This document shows, piece after piece, positions 12,401 through 24,200 of a DNA stretch of 64,000 bases. The stretch is from Pecten maximus (taxonomy: Eukaryota). The notes under the pieces are model-generated. The model was not told the origin of the DNA, ran no database searches, and saw only the letters and a list, made by a program, of their open reading frames with translations. The DNA lies in NCBI RefSeq assembly GCF_902652985.1, contig NC_047019.1, positions 24,304,001 to 24,368,000 of the forward strand, written 5' to 3'. Positions within the stretch are counted from its first letter, which is position 1. Each line of letters opens with the position of its first letter. Both the position numbers and the translations under genes were made by a program.

Positions 12401-15400
12401 ACTGGTGTAACATATGCATGTACCTGTGTACTGGTGTAACTTGTACCTGTGTACTGGTGTAACTTGTACCTGTGTACTGGTGTAACCTGTACCTGTGTAC
12501 TGGTGTAACATGTACCTGTGTACTGGTGTAACATATGCATGTACCTGTGTACTGGTGTAACTTGTACCTGTGTACTGGTGTAACCTGTACCTGTGTACTG
12601 GTGTAACATGTACCTGTGTACTGGTGTAACATGTACCTGTGTACTGGTGTAGCATGTACCTGTGTACTGGTGTAACCTGTACCTGTGTACTGGTGTAACC
12701 TGTACCTGTGTACTGGTGTAACATATGCATGTACCTGTGTACTGGTGTAACTTGTACCTGTGTACTGGTGTAACATGTACCTGTGTACTGGTGTAACCTG
12801 TACCTGTGTACTGGTGTAACATATGCATGTACCTGTGTACTGGTGTAACTTGTACCTGTGTACTGGTGTAACTTGTACCTGTGTACTGGTGTAACATGTA
12901 CCTGTGTACTGGTGTAACCTGTACCTGTGTACTGGTGTAACATATGCATGTACCTGTGTACTGGTGTAACTTGTACCTGTGTACTGGTGTAACTTGTACC
13001 TGTGTACTGGTGTAACATGTACCTGTGTACTGGTGTAACTTGTACCTGTGTACTGGTGTAACATGTACCTGTAGCAGCCAAGTAATTATATGTGGCACAT
13101 GTACGTGAATTATTAAACAGGGAAATGTAGTTTAAATAAGTACATACATATTGTATAGAAATCAATGTCTAATCCACGCATAAATTCCCATTTACTGTAC
13201 ATTCTCAATATAATGACTTTGTCTGTGGCAATCGTACTGCACAACATTTGTATTTCGTAAAAGAAGTCATCCTCCATAGACTCCTCATGGTCAGGGGACA
13301 TTGTATATACATGTATAAAGCCAATTGATACCCCTCGCTAGTCAGTAATAAGTAGCTGGAGGTGGCATCGGGTGGGAGGTGTTAATCGTATCACTGTATA
13401 CAATCTTTAAAGTGTTTTTGAGTTTTGTACTGTACTGTTAAATATTCTGTTATCATGTACTTATGGGCCATATACAATGTATTCCCAAGCTGAGACAGGA
13501 AAGGACCTGATATGTCGGGGATATGGAACAGATCATTAATGGAAGAAGATCTTATTCATGATAAAACAATTTATAGTTTTAGCACATGATGATGGATGAC
13601 TGTCATGTAAAGAGGTACACATATTTACTATATATACTTACACGATATTTACATACATGATAAATCTTTAAGCTATATATCTACATGTTTCGCATATAAC
13701 AATAATAAGAGTTAGATTACCTTGGTTGGAGTGTGATTACTTGCTAACTCATTGTGAATATCCTGAATGAAGTGTATTTAGCTCATGGTCATACTAAGAT
13801 GGATAAGTTTAAAATCATAAGTACCAGCTCATCATGAATATATGATATTTCAAATACATGCTCATGCATCATCTCAATCAAAAAGAATACCGCACAGACA
13901 TTTCTTTTCCAAAGTATAAGGGCCTTAAACATGTCAAGGTCACTGACAAATTGTTGACTAGCTGAACTGGTGTCATATAGCTACAGATCTATACCAGGAA
14001 AACGGAGAAAACAGACATAATAATGAAACAGTAATTCTAACTCAGAATTGAGGGCAAAATTAATGTAAACAAAATATATAGATTAAAATAGAGATTCTTG
14101 ACAGAATCGAGGGCAAAATTAATGTAAACAAAATATATAGATTTAAATAGAGATTCTTGAAAAAGTAAAAGAAAAATAATTAAAAGAGCTACGTAAAGTG
14201 CTCCGTAATAAGCATTTTGACGTGTTCGGGAAGGGAAGTCACATGGAAATTTTTCCCATGCGTTAATTAAAGGAATTTTCTTGATTAAGGAATTTTGATG
14301 AAACTCGGGCCTCAGGTGTGAAATATCAAGATTCATGATCGTAATAAGTTAGCTGTACATGTGATTAATACATGTAGTTTGTAACAAAGTATTACCTTGC
14401 AAGTGTTTCTAAGTCATTCATAATTGTATATTATTGACCCTCTACTCTAGACTAGCTATAACTGAAATACACAAAGCTTATAATCACTATAGATTATGTA
14501 AAAGTGGATGGCTGATGACAGTTGTCTGCTGACTTCGTGCCACCTACGTACCTCATCTGTTTACATTCTATTTCTTTAGGTAATCTGAAATTATATAGAT
14601 AATTATTTTTTCATTCAAAATAAATTACTATAGGCCATATTAACACGAAAATTGTGTCATTTACTTATAATTATCTGCCATATAATATACTGACTGTCTG
14701 TATACATCATTGGGTATTTGTGATAAATTGCAAGGAAAGGCAAAAAAGAAGTGCTTAGTGATAAGAGTCCTTGCTTCCCTTTATTTGTACATATCCCCTT
14801 ATTAAGTACCCAGATAAAAACTATCTGATCTAGTTGATGAATGTTTTGTCTCTAAAATAACGCTACATGTACTGTGACAAATTCAGCAATGTGTAAACTA
14901 CAAAGTGAGTCTATAATGTAATTATATATATATATGTTTGTAATATAGTACTGACTTTGTCGAGAACAGTACCTTAGACTATATAGCTACATGTACATAT
15001 ATAATTACACAATAATCTTTAATATTTTATAATTACATTGGAGTATGAAAAATCCAATAGGTTTGACCTTATAATATACATTTTTTATGATTTTATCTGA
15101 AATAATGACAGTTATAAATCCTAACTATCTGTCGATGCCTGACAGACCATTGTTTGGTACAGTATATTTAAACACCCTAATTTAGTTTGTGATGCCAGAT
15201 TTATATTCTAAAATCAGAGGCAAATTGTTGGTAATTTGACAGTCAATTAGAACAGTTATATATTTTTTAAACAGGAATAACAGCATCAGACAAAGAATAT
15301 ATCACCATTTCCTGACCTGTAATTAACCTTCTAACACAATAGCACTGGTTTTCTTTAGGATCTGTAACAAGTGAAAAACAGGATGTAGCCCATTATGTTA

Positions 15401-18400
15401 CCCTTCTCCACATACAGTAGTCATGAGCTGAGATTCCCAGTCTCCACACAGAATGTTGTGAGCTAGCATGCCATAGATTCTGTCTCCACACAGAATGTTG
15501 TGTCGAGCTAGCATGCCATAGATTCTGTCTCCACACAGAATGTTGTGTCGAGCTAGCATGCCATAGATTCTGTCTCCACACAGAATGTTGTGTCGAGCTA
15601 GCATGCCATAGATTCTGTCTCCACACAGATATTTGTTGTGAGCTAGCATGCCATAGATTCTCAGTCTCCACACAGAATGTTGTGTCGAGCTAGCATGCCA
15701 TAGATTCTGTCTCCACACAGAATGTTGTGAGCTTAGGCATGCCATAGATTCTGTCTCCACACAGAATGTTGTGTCGAGCTAGCATGCCATAGATTCTGTC
15801 TCCACACAGAATGTTGTGTCGAGCTAGCATGCCATAGATTCTGTCTCCACACAGAATGTTGTGTCGAGCTAGCATGCCATAGATTCTGTCTCCACACAGA
15901 TATTTGTTGTGAGCTAGCATGCCATAGATTCTCAGTCTCCACACAGAATGTTGTGTCGAGCTAGCATGCCATAGATTCTGTCTCCACACAGAATGTTGTG
16001 AGCTTAGGCATGCCATAGATTCTGTCTCCACACAGAATGTTGTGTCGAGCTAGCATGCCATAGATTCTGTCTCCACACAGAATGTTGTGTCGAGCTAGCA
16101 TGCCATAGATTCTGTCTCCACACAGAATGTCATGAGATAGCATGCCATAGATTCTGTCTCCACACAGAATGTTGTGTCGAGCTAGCATGCCATAGATTCT
16201 GTCTCCACACAGAATGTTGTGTCGAGCTAGCGTGCCATAGATTCTGTCTCCACACAGAATGTCATGAGATAGCATGCCATAGATTCTGTCTCAACACAGA
16301 ATGTCATGAGCAAGCATGCCATAGATTCTGTCTCAACACAGAATGTCACGAGCTAGCTAGCATGATATAAATTCTGTCTCCACACAGAATGTTGTGTCGA
16401 GCTAGCATGCCATAGATTCTGTCTCCACACAGAATGTTGTGTCGAGCTAGCGTGCCATAGATTCTGTCTCCACACAGAATGTCATGAGATAGCATGCCAT
16501 AGATTCTGTCTCAACACAGAATGTCATGAGCAAGCATGCCATAGATTCTGTCTCAACACAGAATGTCACGAGCTAGCTAGCATGATATAAATTCTGTCTC
16601 AACACAGAATGTCATGAGCTAGCATGCCATAGATTCTGTCTCAACACAGAATGTCATGAGCTAGCTAGCATGATATAAATTCTGTCTCAACACAGAATGT
16701 CATGAGCTAGCATGCCATAGATTCTGTCTCAACACAGAATGTCATGAGCTAGCTAGCATGATATAAATTCTGTCTCAACACAGAATGTTATAAGCAGCTA
16801 GCTATAGCAGTGCAATGTATGTCACTGTTATAAGTCCTTGATCTTTGATTTGTAATTCAGCTGGTTAACAATTCTTGCAAGCAACTTGTATTTTTAACAT
16901 TATCAGGATTAGAACATGTAGATTGTGTAAACTTGTACATAAGTTACAAACAGTATATGGATTAGGATACATTGCACATTTATGGAATTATATAGAGATC
17001 AGTTGAAAACTGTACTGCATAAGTGGGAAAAGGTGAGAGACTGTTAGAGCCAAGCATCATGTGACCCCCTTAACATCCATAGCTTATAAACAGATGTGCC
17101 AATATATATGAGGACAGTGATGTGGAGTAATTTTTGTCTGAAGGATTTTGCGAAGCTTCTAGATCTTTGCTGAGTTTACTACCCTGTCAACAGCCAGGGT
17201 AAATTAAGTCTGGGTTTCCTTGTAGTAGCTGGTAACTACCTCATTAAACAACATATAGGAGGCCAGTTGTATACCATTTTGAAGTATATATATGAGACCA
17301 CCAAGACAGTACAGCTAGGGCAAACTGTGATCTGATTCCACAGAAACTGTCAAACTGCCTGAGGTCAGGAGTGAATCGGACGCCTCAGCTCTGAATCTTG
17401 TAGGCAGTATCAATATTATATGTAAGATAACTGTAGACACAAATAGTAAGTGTTTCCTAATCTGACTTTCATATACTGTAACAGCCCTACACAGCCGATA
17501 CAGGCACATAACAATTCTAAAGATGTTGCCCAGAGGCACTTGAAAAGTTATTTCTGGACTGAAAGACAGTACCTACTTGAGTGACTTTGAATTTTCCACC
17601 ACCATGCACTGCCAAGTATCCGTTATCACAAATTAATTTCTGTCACAGATATTGTCTACCATAGAAAAAATTAATTTAATTATTACCAACACAATTAAGA
17701 TTTCCATAGATGCCGGTTGATAAGGATCATATGAACATTTTATGGCTGACATTATAATCTCATAGGGAAATATATTCTATTTCCTTGTAAGATAGGAAGT
17801 AAGGATATGTTTGATGTATTTTGATATGCCTAATGGTTCGATTCCATTGTCACCACCCAGCTAGTTTTGTCATTTGAGAATGAGATTTAATAAACACTGT
17901 ATATAATTATTTGACCAACAGATTTGTGGGCCAGTGTCGTTGATGGAGGATGACGCTTATTCTTCAGGAACACCTGGTCTTATTCTTGTACCTTACAAGG
18001 GTCTCCATCAAAATTAAACCCTCGGGAAAATAACCATGTTAACAGTTATTGGGGTTTGATATCTCCTGGAACAAATTAGGATCATGATCATCATTGGGGT
18101 AGCTTAAGATTGTATTGTAAATCCGGAACCAGAGAATGAGCTGTGCGCAATTAATGTCCTTCCAGACTATCATACAGTACATGTATATGTATATCTGCCT
18201 TCTGCATACAGAACTTAACGTATCCATAACTAACAAGGCTTGAAAGACCAAAATTATGTATGAATATGAAATGTTTAACTTAGTGTCTTTAATGTATCTG
18301 TATCAGCTATAAAATCTATAGATCTGGCTCTGGCCCGCAGGAAACATCACTGGTGTCACAGTAAGAATTTGTCTCATCACTGGTGTCACAGTAAGAATTT

Positions 18401-21400
18401 GTCTATGAAGTGTTGTGTCATCAAACACATTTGAAAATTTGAATTCTTTACAAAATAAATAAACACTATCCACATTGAAAGTCGGAGACGTGAGGGGAAG
18501 GAATGGCTCGATCGTTGTAACGTGTAGAACAATTATAAATACAGAAAATAACAAGAGCTGTTGTACAACAGCATAGCTTGTCTGACAATTTTTTGCCAAT
18601 AAATAATTATATATATTAAATTGACCTTTGCTTTGCAAATTGAATAAATAAGATCTATATGGTGTACGGACAGAATTACTTTGTGCACAGTTACTCAACC
18701 TGGTATAAATTGTATACAAGCTAAAACAGTAGGGCTAATATATAAGACACAAATGATTGTGACGCATAAAAAGGCCAGGTCCAAAACATGTCAAAAAGCA
18801 ATGTGTTTTTTCCAAAAGCTTTCAGTTCAACTCCGAGATGTGATAGTCTAACCCTGCAGGAACACTAATACCAAATATCAATATGTCTTTCAACACTTGC
18901 ACCAAAATGTTAAATTAAAATTAGAAGACCAAAGCCAATGTCAATGCCTGTAGGGTGATAACAAGCTCTCGATCTCCCTCCTATCTTCTTTTAAGAGACG
19001 AGCTAAAAAGTAATCTAATATACAGCCATGGCCAGTATAATGTATCTGTGTATAAACATATGGCAAGGTTGACATATATGACATAATGTAGTAATGATCA
19101 TATTGTCTAATATATAAGATAGCTCCTGTCTAATACAGATCCTGTTCCTGTCTACTCTGGAAACCTGAGTAAACTGATCTTAGTGTAAAAAGAATTGTTA
19201 TACTGTATCACTCCTACCAGTCCAGTACATTCCTGTGTTGATATGTATCTCAGGTATGCCATTCCCAACAAACTGATAATAAATTTGTCATGACACAAAA
19301 TGCTGCGAATAATGCATAGTATACTGTTGATTTGCTATCATTGATTATTCTATCCAGTTTGATAACAGAGTGTAGATTTAGAGACATCTTATACACTTAT
19401 ATAATACCTGCACAAATAAACCATATTTCTCACCCCGGGGGCCCCCTCATCATCAAACACTTTTTTTTTTTTTTTTTTTTTTCAATACAATATGCCCCAA
19501 TGACAGTGGATTACACCTGTGTTAAATGTACATGTTAGTTGTATCATACTGACGGAAGCATTTAGAAGTCATGATCAGGATATTGAAAAGATATTGTTTA
19601 TCTGAATTTGTGTTTCCATTTTATAATAACCGATTTATTATGTCATAGGTACACATATATGTGGCCATGATAGCTCAGTTGGTTAGTGTGTAGGCCAGAA
19701 AATCGATCCGAGGTGCGTGGTTCGTTGCTCCTTACCCATGACGGTTTGTGTTTCTCAGGAAGCTGAGAAATAGCTAGCTATAGGCCAGTCTGTGCTGTCA
19801 TGGTTGTGTCCTTTGGGCAAGACACTTTTTCCTTATTGCTCTGAATGGCATGCGACGGGCCTGTATGTTGTTCAGTGAGGTAGTCACCAACTACTACAAG
19901 GAGACCCCGCCTCAAAATGACACTGACTGCTGTTCACGGGACAATAAACTCATCAAACAAAACACCCCCACCCCCTCACCCTTAGACACAGTTAAACAAT
20001 GACAATGACACATTATATTTTTTTAGTTGTATAATATTAATGGAAGCATTTAGAAGTCAGGGTACTTGAAAAGGCTTGTTCATCTGAATTTGTGTTTCCT
20101 TTAAATTTATATAATATATCCTACTGATATTTGTAATATGTACACATTTATATTTTTTTCTGTATCAAACAAATACATCTGTGAATCTGTGCTATATTGT
20201 TCATGACCCAGCTTCATAATCATATATTGACAAAAAATATGACTGACCATGCAGGTCTCTGCATAATTTTATATTATATATACATGTATATATGTATTGT
20301 ACAGTTATAAAAATCCCTCAAATCTCTAAAGAAAGGGTGTAACTTTACAGGTGGGCTCTGTTATAACTAATCTGGACAGTTTTACCCTGTACACTATAGT
20401 CTGGTGTTATCTTAATTGACCCAATAAAATGTCATAAATAATTTGGTGTACATGAGCAATACCATTATATCTCAGTGTCACAGTGTGTGTAGTTCTATAC
20501 ATAATCTGGCTGCTTTGTGACCACAATTGTGAACCTTTTTTATTTCACATAATGTTAATATCCTTTTCTATAAAGGTATTTTGTGAAAATGTTTGTCCCT
20601 GGTATCCTTACATAGGTAATCTATAATATAATTTATGGGCCATTTAGAAATTTAATGAATTTTTCTAAATCATATGGCCCCATATGATCATGACCCCCTC
20701 CAAAATGATATCATTATTTAAGTATTTTGTCCCCAATATCCCTGTTTTATTTTAATAGGTATTTTGTCCCTGATATCTATGTTTAAGTATTTTGTCCTGG
20801 TTATCCTCATTTAGGTATTTTGTCCCTGATATCGTTGTTTAGGTATTTTGTCCCTAATATCCATGTTTAGGTATTTTGTCCCTGATATCGTTGTTTAGGT
20901 ATTTTGTCCCTAATATTGATGTTTAAGTATTTTGTCCTGGTTATCCTCATTTAGGTATTTTGTCCCTGATATCGTTGTTTAGGTATTTTGTCCCTAATAT
21001 CCATGTTTAAGTATTTTGTCCTGGTTATCCTCATTTAGGTATTTTGTCCCTGATATCGTTGTTTAGGTATTTTGTCCCTAATATCCATGTTTAGGTATTT
21101 TGTCCCATATATCCTTGTTCTAGTATTTTGTCCCTGATATCCTTTTTTAAGTATTTTGTCCCTTTTATCATCATTTTTGAAATTATTTTGTCCCTGATAT
21201 CCATGTTTAGGTATTTTGTCCCTGATATCCATGTTTAGGTATTTTGTCCCTGATATCGTTGTTTGGGTATGTTGTCCCTAATATCCATGTTTACGTATTT
21301 TGTCCCATATATCCTTGTTCTGGTATTTTGTCCCTGATATCTATGTTTAAGTATTTTGTCCTGGTTATCCTCATTTAGGTATTTTGTCCCTCATATCCTT

Positions 21401-23675
21401 GTTTAAGTATTTTGTCCCTTTTATCATCATTTTTGAAATTATTTTGTCCCTGATATCCATGTTTAGGTATGTTGTCCCTAATATCCATATTTAGGTATTT
21501 TGTCCCATATATCCTTGTTCTGGTATTTTGTCCCTCATATCCTTGTTTAAGTATTTTGTCCCTTTTATCATCATTTTTGAAATTATTTTGTCCCTGATAT
21601 CCATGTTTAGGTATTTTGTTCCTGATATCCATGTTTAGGTATTTTGTCCCTGATATCCATGTTTAGGTATTTTGACCCAGCTGGCAGATATCCTTGTTTT
21701 GGTATTTTTTTTGTCCCTGATATTGGATAATTCATGTTTAGGTATGTTGTCCCTGATATCCTTGTTATAGGCAGGGTATCCAGTTGACCCTTGCCTTTAA
21801 AAATTTCAGAAGTCAAATCACCTTTTCTCAGAAATATGAAGAGTCAAAACATCATGTCAAATATATAGACATGTTCCTTCAAACTCAAGAGTCAGATCTG
21901 ATTTTGGAGAGTCAAAAACATACTCTCAAAAGGGGTCTACTGGATGCCCTGTAAGGTATTTTGTCCCTGATAACATTGTTTTGGTACAATATATGTCCAT
22001 CACGGATATCTTTGTATTATGTCCATGATATTATTGATATCCCTGTTTACATGTATCATGCCCCAGTAGATTTATATATATCCACCATTATCCAATCAAA
22101 TTTACCATCAAGATTTCAGATTCTATTCACAAACTGATCCCACATATAGATATAGCTCAACAGCATATTACAGCATGCAGGCAGAGTACCCCTAAGGCAC
22201 AGCTAGATATTTATCTATAGATCTCCACTACTGGACACAAATGGACATGCACACTTTTGACATGAAGTAATATTGCCAAAACCAGGAAGTTATGTACCGT
22301 ATAACCTACAAGTGAATATTGTATTCTTTAGGGTATGGCGGTATATAATGATAAATATAATGACACCATTTTATAAGTTCCTGATGCCAGACGGTACATA
22401 ATAATTCACTTTTACACTATTATACAATCAGTTCCTAAATGTGAAAAACCATCAACCTGTTAAAGTGTAAATCAAGTCATGGTCATTAATTACTTTTTTT
22501 ATATACCTGCCATGGGAATTAAAGTTAATTAACTGACAACTAGCTATAGCTGTGACAGATATATTACAGTTACTGCTAATGCTAGGTGTCTTCTTCATAT
22601 TTAATTAACTTGTATCTATATTTGAAAATTATTGTAACAATTGAGATTACATACTTTTGTGTAGGTGACTTACATACGTTCCACAAATTAGCTACAGATC
22701 AACAAACCGAGTGACCTTGATTGTGAGACTTGAGATCCTCATGTACAGAATGTCTCCACCCATTAAATTGTTATGTACCAGCAAATCCATGGTACTGACA
22801 ATCTAAATTTATCTTGACACTTTCCATGCCAAAACTTACATTTCTGTTTATTTTGAATGCAGTGAAGTACATATTTAATTATTTGGCCATCCACTTATCA
22901 TTTGAACAACATGTACTTAGTTTTATAATTTGGATATAATTTATAACAGCTGAGTTCATCTTTTATATATCCTATAGCAATTTTAAATAGTCATGTTGAT
23001 GAAGAAGTTATATCATGTCAGTGCTATGTTCAAATGAAATTGACAAATATCAAATAAAATATTTCTCAATTAAATTGAACTTTTGATATTTCTAATTAAG
23101 ATTATTTAACATTAAATCTGGGACATCAAGAAAATATTTTACCAGAGCCTAAATGTGAATAAAGAGAATTAGATAAATACATTTTTCTGTTGTACATGAT
23201 ACATTTTGTGTTTAGATCTAAACTACATGTACATAACATTGGAATGTGGAATGGTAATGTTGTAGATTTAATGGCCATTCTATGATACCTACCTGTTGTT
23301 TGGACACTAACTGTGTAGGCATATATATTTGCTATAATATACCTCTCATTAGGTTACATATCATGTACATTCACTGCATGTTGTCTGGATGATCTGCATA
23401 ACACGACATATGATCATGACTCAGATTGGGTTTTGGCTATCAACAGTTTGATGGCCCCATGTGCTGTAGTTGTTACTTATATCTGGATCAGTATTGGAAA
23501 ACAAGTAGCTAATTCATGTGGTACATATTTTCAGTCAGCTGAATGTAACATTATTACTCCAGTCCACATGTATATGTAGATATAATACGCTAAATACACC
23601 TGTGATAAATTCTTACCTGTATCAAAAACACATTCTTACCTGTATTACAAACACCGCTAGAGACACCACTATCAT
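388..23675 (-). CDS. Multi-FN3 cell-surface protein, 5' part of gene (R3-type receptor tyrosine phosphatase-like ectodomain); continues beyond position 1
   Basis: 12 exons join in frame with GT-AG boundaries: 23675-23640, 8347-8083, 6805-6533, 6105-6017, 5718-5523, 5149-4883, 3273-3126, 2502-2372, 2184-1915, 1564-1417, 1030-909, 488-388 (2046 nt, 682 codons). Repeated FN3 signatures (PxPP, [L/V]xW, LxPGxxYxI/VxV). No transmembrane or phosphatase domain is in the window, so the RPTP identity is inferred. Confidence 0.8.
909..1030 (-). CDS. FN3 gene exon 11 (C-half of FN3 #7)
   Basis: TQGQLHHSFDGLNPGTLYNISIQTFVNNSRSDEAEVAVIT. AG/GT boundaries; phases 2/1 match neighbours. Not in the ORF track. 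Confidence 0.9.
1085..1275 (-). mobile_element. tRNA-derived SINE (V-domain-like), 5'-truncated
   Basis: Reverse-complement match to the copy at 29005-29220. B-box GAGTTCGAAAC is retained. Confidence 0.85.
1417..1564 (-). CDS. FN3 gene exon 10 (N-half of FN3 #7)
   Basis: PTSVAELYVDFVGTSTINVSWPRPDGSMFDMYELSISPEDTTTPVTIL. Donor GTAAGT at 1416. Confidence 0.9.
1915..2184 (-). CDS. FN3 gene exon 9 (FN3 #6)
   Basis: 270-nt phase 1-1 exon: PYPPVNVSATALSGRVIEVTWERP...LHPGETYDITVTSLSG...ATT. Confidence 0.92.
2372..2502 (-). CDS. FN3 gene exon 8 (C-half of FN3 #5)
   Basis: MDYNVDQRAAHFEKLVAGKMYTVSVVSGAGQKKSGPTERVVWT. Phases 2/1. The ORF track shows a different frame here. Confidence 0.88.
3126..3273 (-). 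CDS. FN3 gene exon 7 (N-half of FN3 #5)
   Basis: PFPPGSVEISDSGIAHTSLKVIWQAVSSGSLGYYEVSISPKEPQTISP. Acceptor tttccag, donor GTAAG. Confidence 0.88.
4091..4738 (-). mobile_element. Non-autonomous Helentron (HINE/DINE-1-like); strand given by DINE-1 convention
   Basis: End with stem-loop acaagaggcccatggggcct plus subterminal gctcacc. Duplicated internal block (~4430-4670), GACG microsatellite, and hairpin ccggacctttagtccgg followed by gtgagctaaaa. Confidence 0.8.
4883..5149 (-). CDS. FN3 gene exon 6 (FN3 #4)
   Basis: 267-nt phase 1-1 exon: PDPLIDMIELESSPTDLYLQL...LHNLTGGTAYNISVIV...FYT. Confidence 0.9.
5523..5718 (-). CDS. FN3 gene exon 5 (C-part of FN3 #3)
   Basis: DYEMFTATYNTTFG...LTCNVTMWSSCVADVPGIPGQTLLLKVFSVKGVRRSDADSAYHSS. 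Phases 0/1. Confidence 0.88.
6017..6105 (-). CDS. FN3 gene exon 4 (N-part of FN3 #3)
   Basis: PLSPIIQSVVALDNSSLMVSWVTEIHSTR. Phases 1/0; donor GTATGT. Confidence 0.88.
6533..6805 (-). CDS. FN3 gene exon 3 (FN3 #2)
   Basis: 273-nt phase 1-1 exon: PLPPTSISVDEAGTENLYISWTP...GVYPGHVYTITVVASS. Confidence 0.92.
8083..8347 (-). CDS. FN3 gene exon 2 (end of signal peptide + FN3 #1)
   Basis: TLLIKAQIPAVNVTPGEYSLDLTWTES...DLEPGVMYQVNIRSAG. Phases 0/1. Confidence 0.9.
9946..10260. repeat. 43-47 bp minisatellite
   Basis: About 7 copies of gagacagtgtgatgtaaacaatcgtaccttgtattactagga. Confidence 0.9.
10850..11142 (+). mobile_element. Internally deleted mariner transposon remnant
   Basis: From 10884 reads SVIAMATIHDCGFILIEHPPHSPDLAPSDFHLF (mariner YSPDLAPxD motif). 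A frameshifted C-terminus KSGIEALKHRW...EGDFVEK* follows, then the TIR end gagccctcg|TA. Confidence 0.85.
11898..13072. repeat. 23-bp minisatellite with periodic 29-bp variant
   Basis: About 49 copies of tgtacctgtgtactggtgtaac[t/c/a], with a recurrent atatgc insertion. Explains the three ~400-aa spurious ORFs. Confidence 0.95.
15440..16790. repeat. ~45-bp minisatellite with a 271-bp higher-order repeat
   Basis: gtctccacacagaatgttgtgtcgagctagcatgccatagattct. Variant blocks recur at 271-bp spacing, and units drift to a different variant at the right end. Confidence 0.95.
18551..19006 (-). mobile_element. Degenerate Helentron-type non-autonomous element
   Basis: Ends acaagagctgttgtacaacagc (stem-loop) and ...gacgagctaaaaa; same architecture as 4091-4738. 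Confidence 0.55.
19663..19963 (+). mobile_element. tRNA-derived SINE with CORE-like central segment
   Basis: A-box tagctcagttgg, B-box-like ggttcgttgc, CORE-like gtgtcctttgggcaagacactt, and a caaacaaaac tail. Confidence 0.7.
20720..21985. repeat. ~28-bp minisatellite, interrupted by a MITE
   Basis: About 37 diverged copies of ttaggtattttgtccctgatatccatgt with block duplications. Confidence 0.9.
21772..21951. mobile_element. MITE with CAGGG-type TIRs
   Basis: Left cagggtatccagttgaccc; right gggtctactggatgccctg (imperfect inverted). Splits one 28-bp unit. Flanks atagg/taagg. Confidence 0.75.
23640..23675 (-). CDS. FN3 gene candidate first coding exon (signal peptide)
   Basis: ATG at 23675 encodes MIVVSLAVFVIQ, ending phase 0 at CAG|GTAAGA. 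Joined to exon 2 it gives the hydrophobic MIVVSLAVFVIQTLLIKA-Q. There is an in-frame stop upstream and a promoter-like region adjacent. Confidence 0.65.
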
Positions 23676-23899
23676 TGTGATGTATGACCTTTGTAAGTGT
23701 AGAAAGAAGCATATATTCCACTGATCAGTTTCTTCGACTCATCATATAACGATAGAATTTAGTTCTCGAAATGTTAAAACACTTTGAAGACTTAAACTAA
23801 GTGGTAGAATTTTGTCCAGATGGTAACAACGTTCCTAAAGTTGAACGATGAACAAGTCGCTCTGACTTTGCCGTTGGCTGTTACACATATTGAAACCAC

Positions 23900-24200
23900 A
23901 AAACCAACGTTTACGTAAACCGATTACTTCCCGTGTCCAGGTTCATCAGTATTAGTCAGTGATCAACTTCTCCCGATCTTTCTGAACACCCACTGTTTTT
24001 GCTTATAGTGACCTCACCCACCTGCGAGCTAATTAACAGGAAGTGACGTCAAATATCGTAGGGGATTCCTCTTTCTATGTTATATATAGAACTAAAAGTT
24101 ATAGTACCCGTTTCCGGTTTTAATATTTGGTTTGTTAAGGAAATCCCCCTTTCCAGATTTTTCGTCTGTTGACCAGACCAAAGGCTCCAAAGATTGGTAT
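23900..24200. promoter_or_regulatory. Probable bidirectional promoter between the FN3 gene and the calcineurin-B-like gene
   Basis: Locally more CpG than the flanks. CAGGAAGTGACGTCA (ETS+CRE composite) at 24037-24051, kappaB-like GGGGATTCCT at 24061-24070, and GGAAATCCCC (= GGGGATTTCC on -) at 24139-24148. Lies between two divergent gene starts. Confidence 0.6.

Noticed and set aside
11772-13165. Three 400-430 aa ORFs
   Set aside because: All three frames are open only because the 23-bp unit lacks stops. Intronic minisatellite.
17315-17539. 74-aa minus ORF with a hydrophobic stretch
   Set aside because: No compatible splice sites or recognisable domain found.
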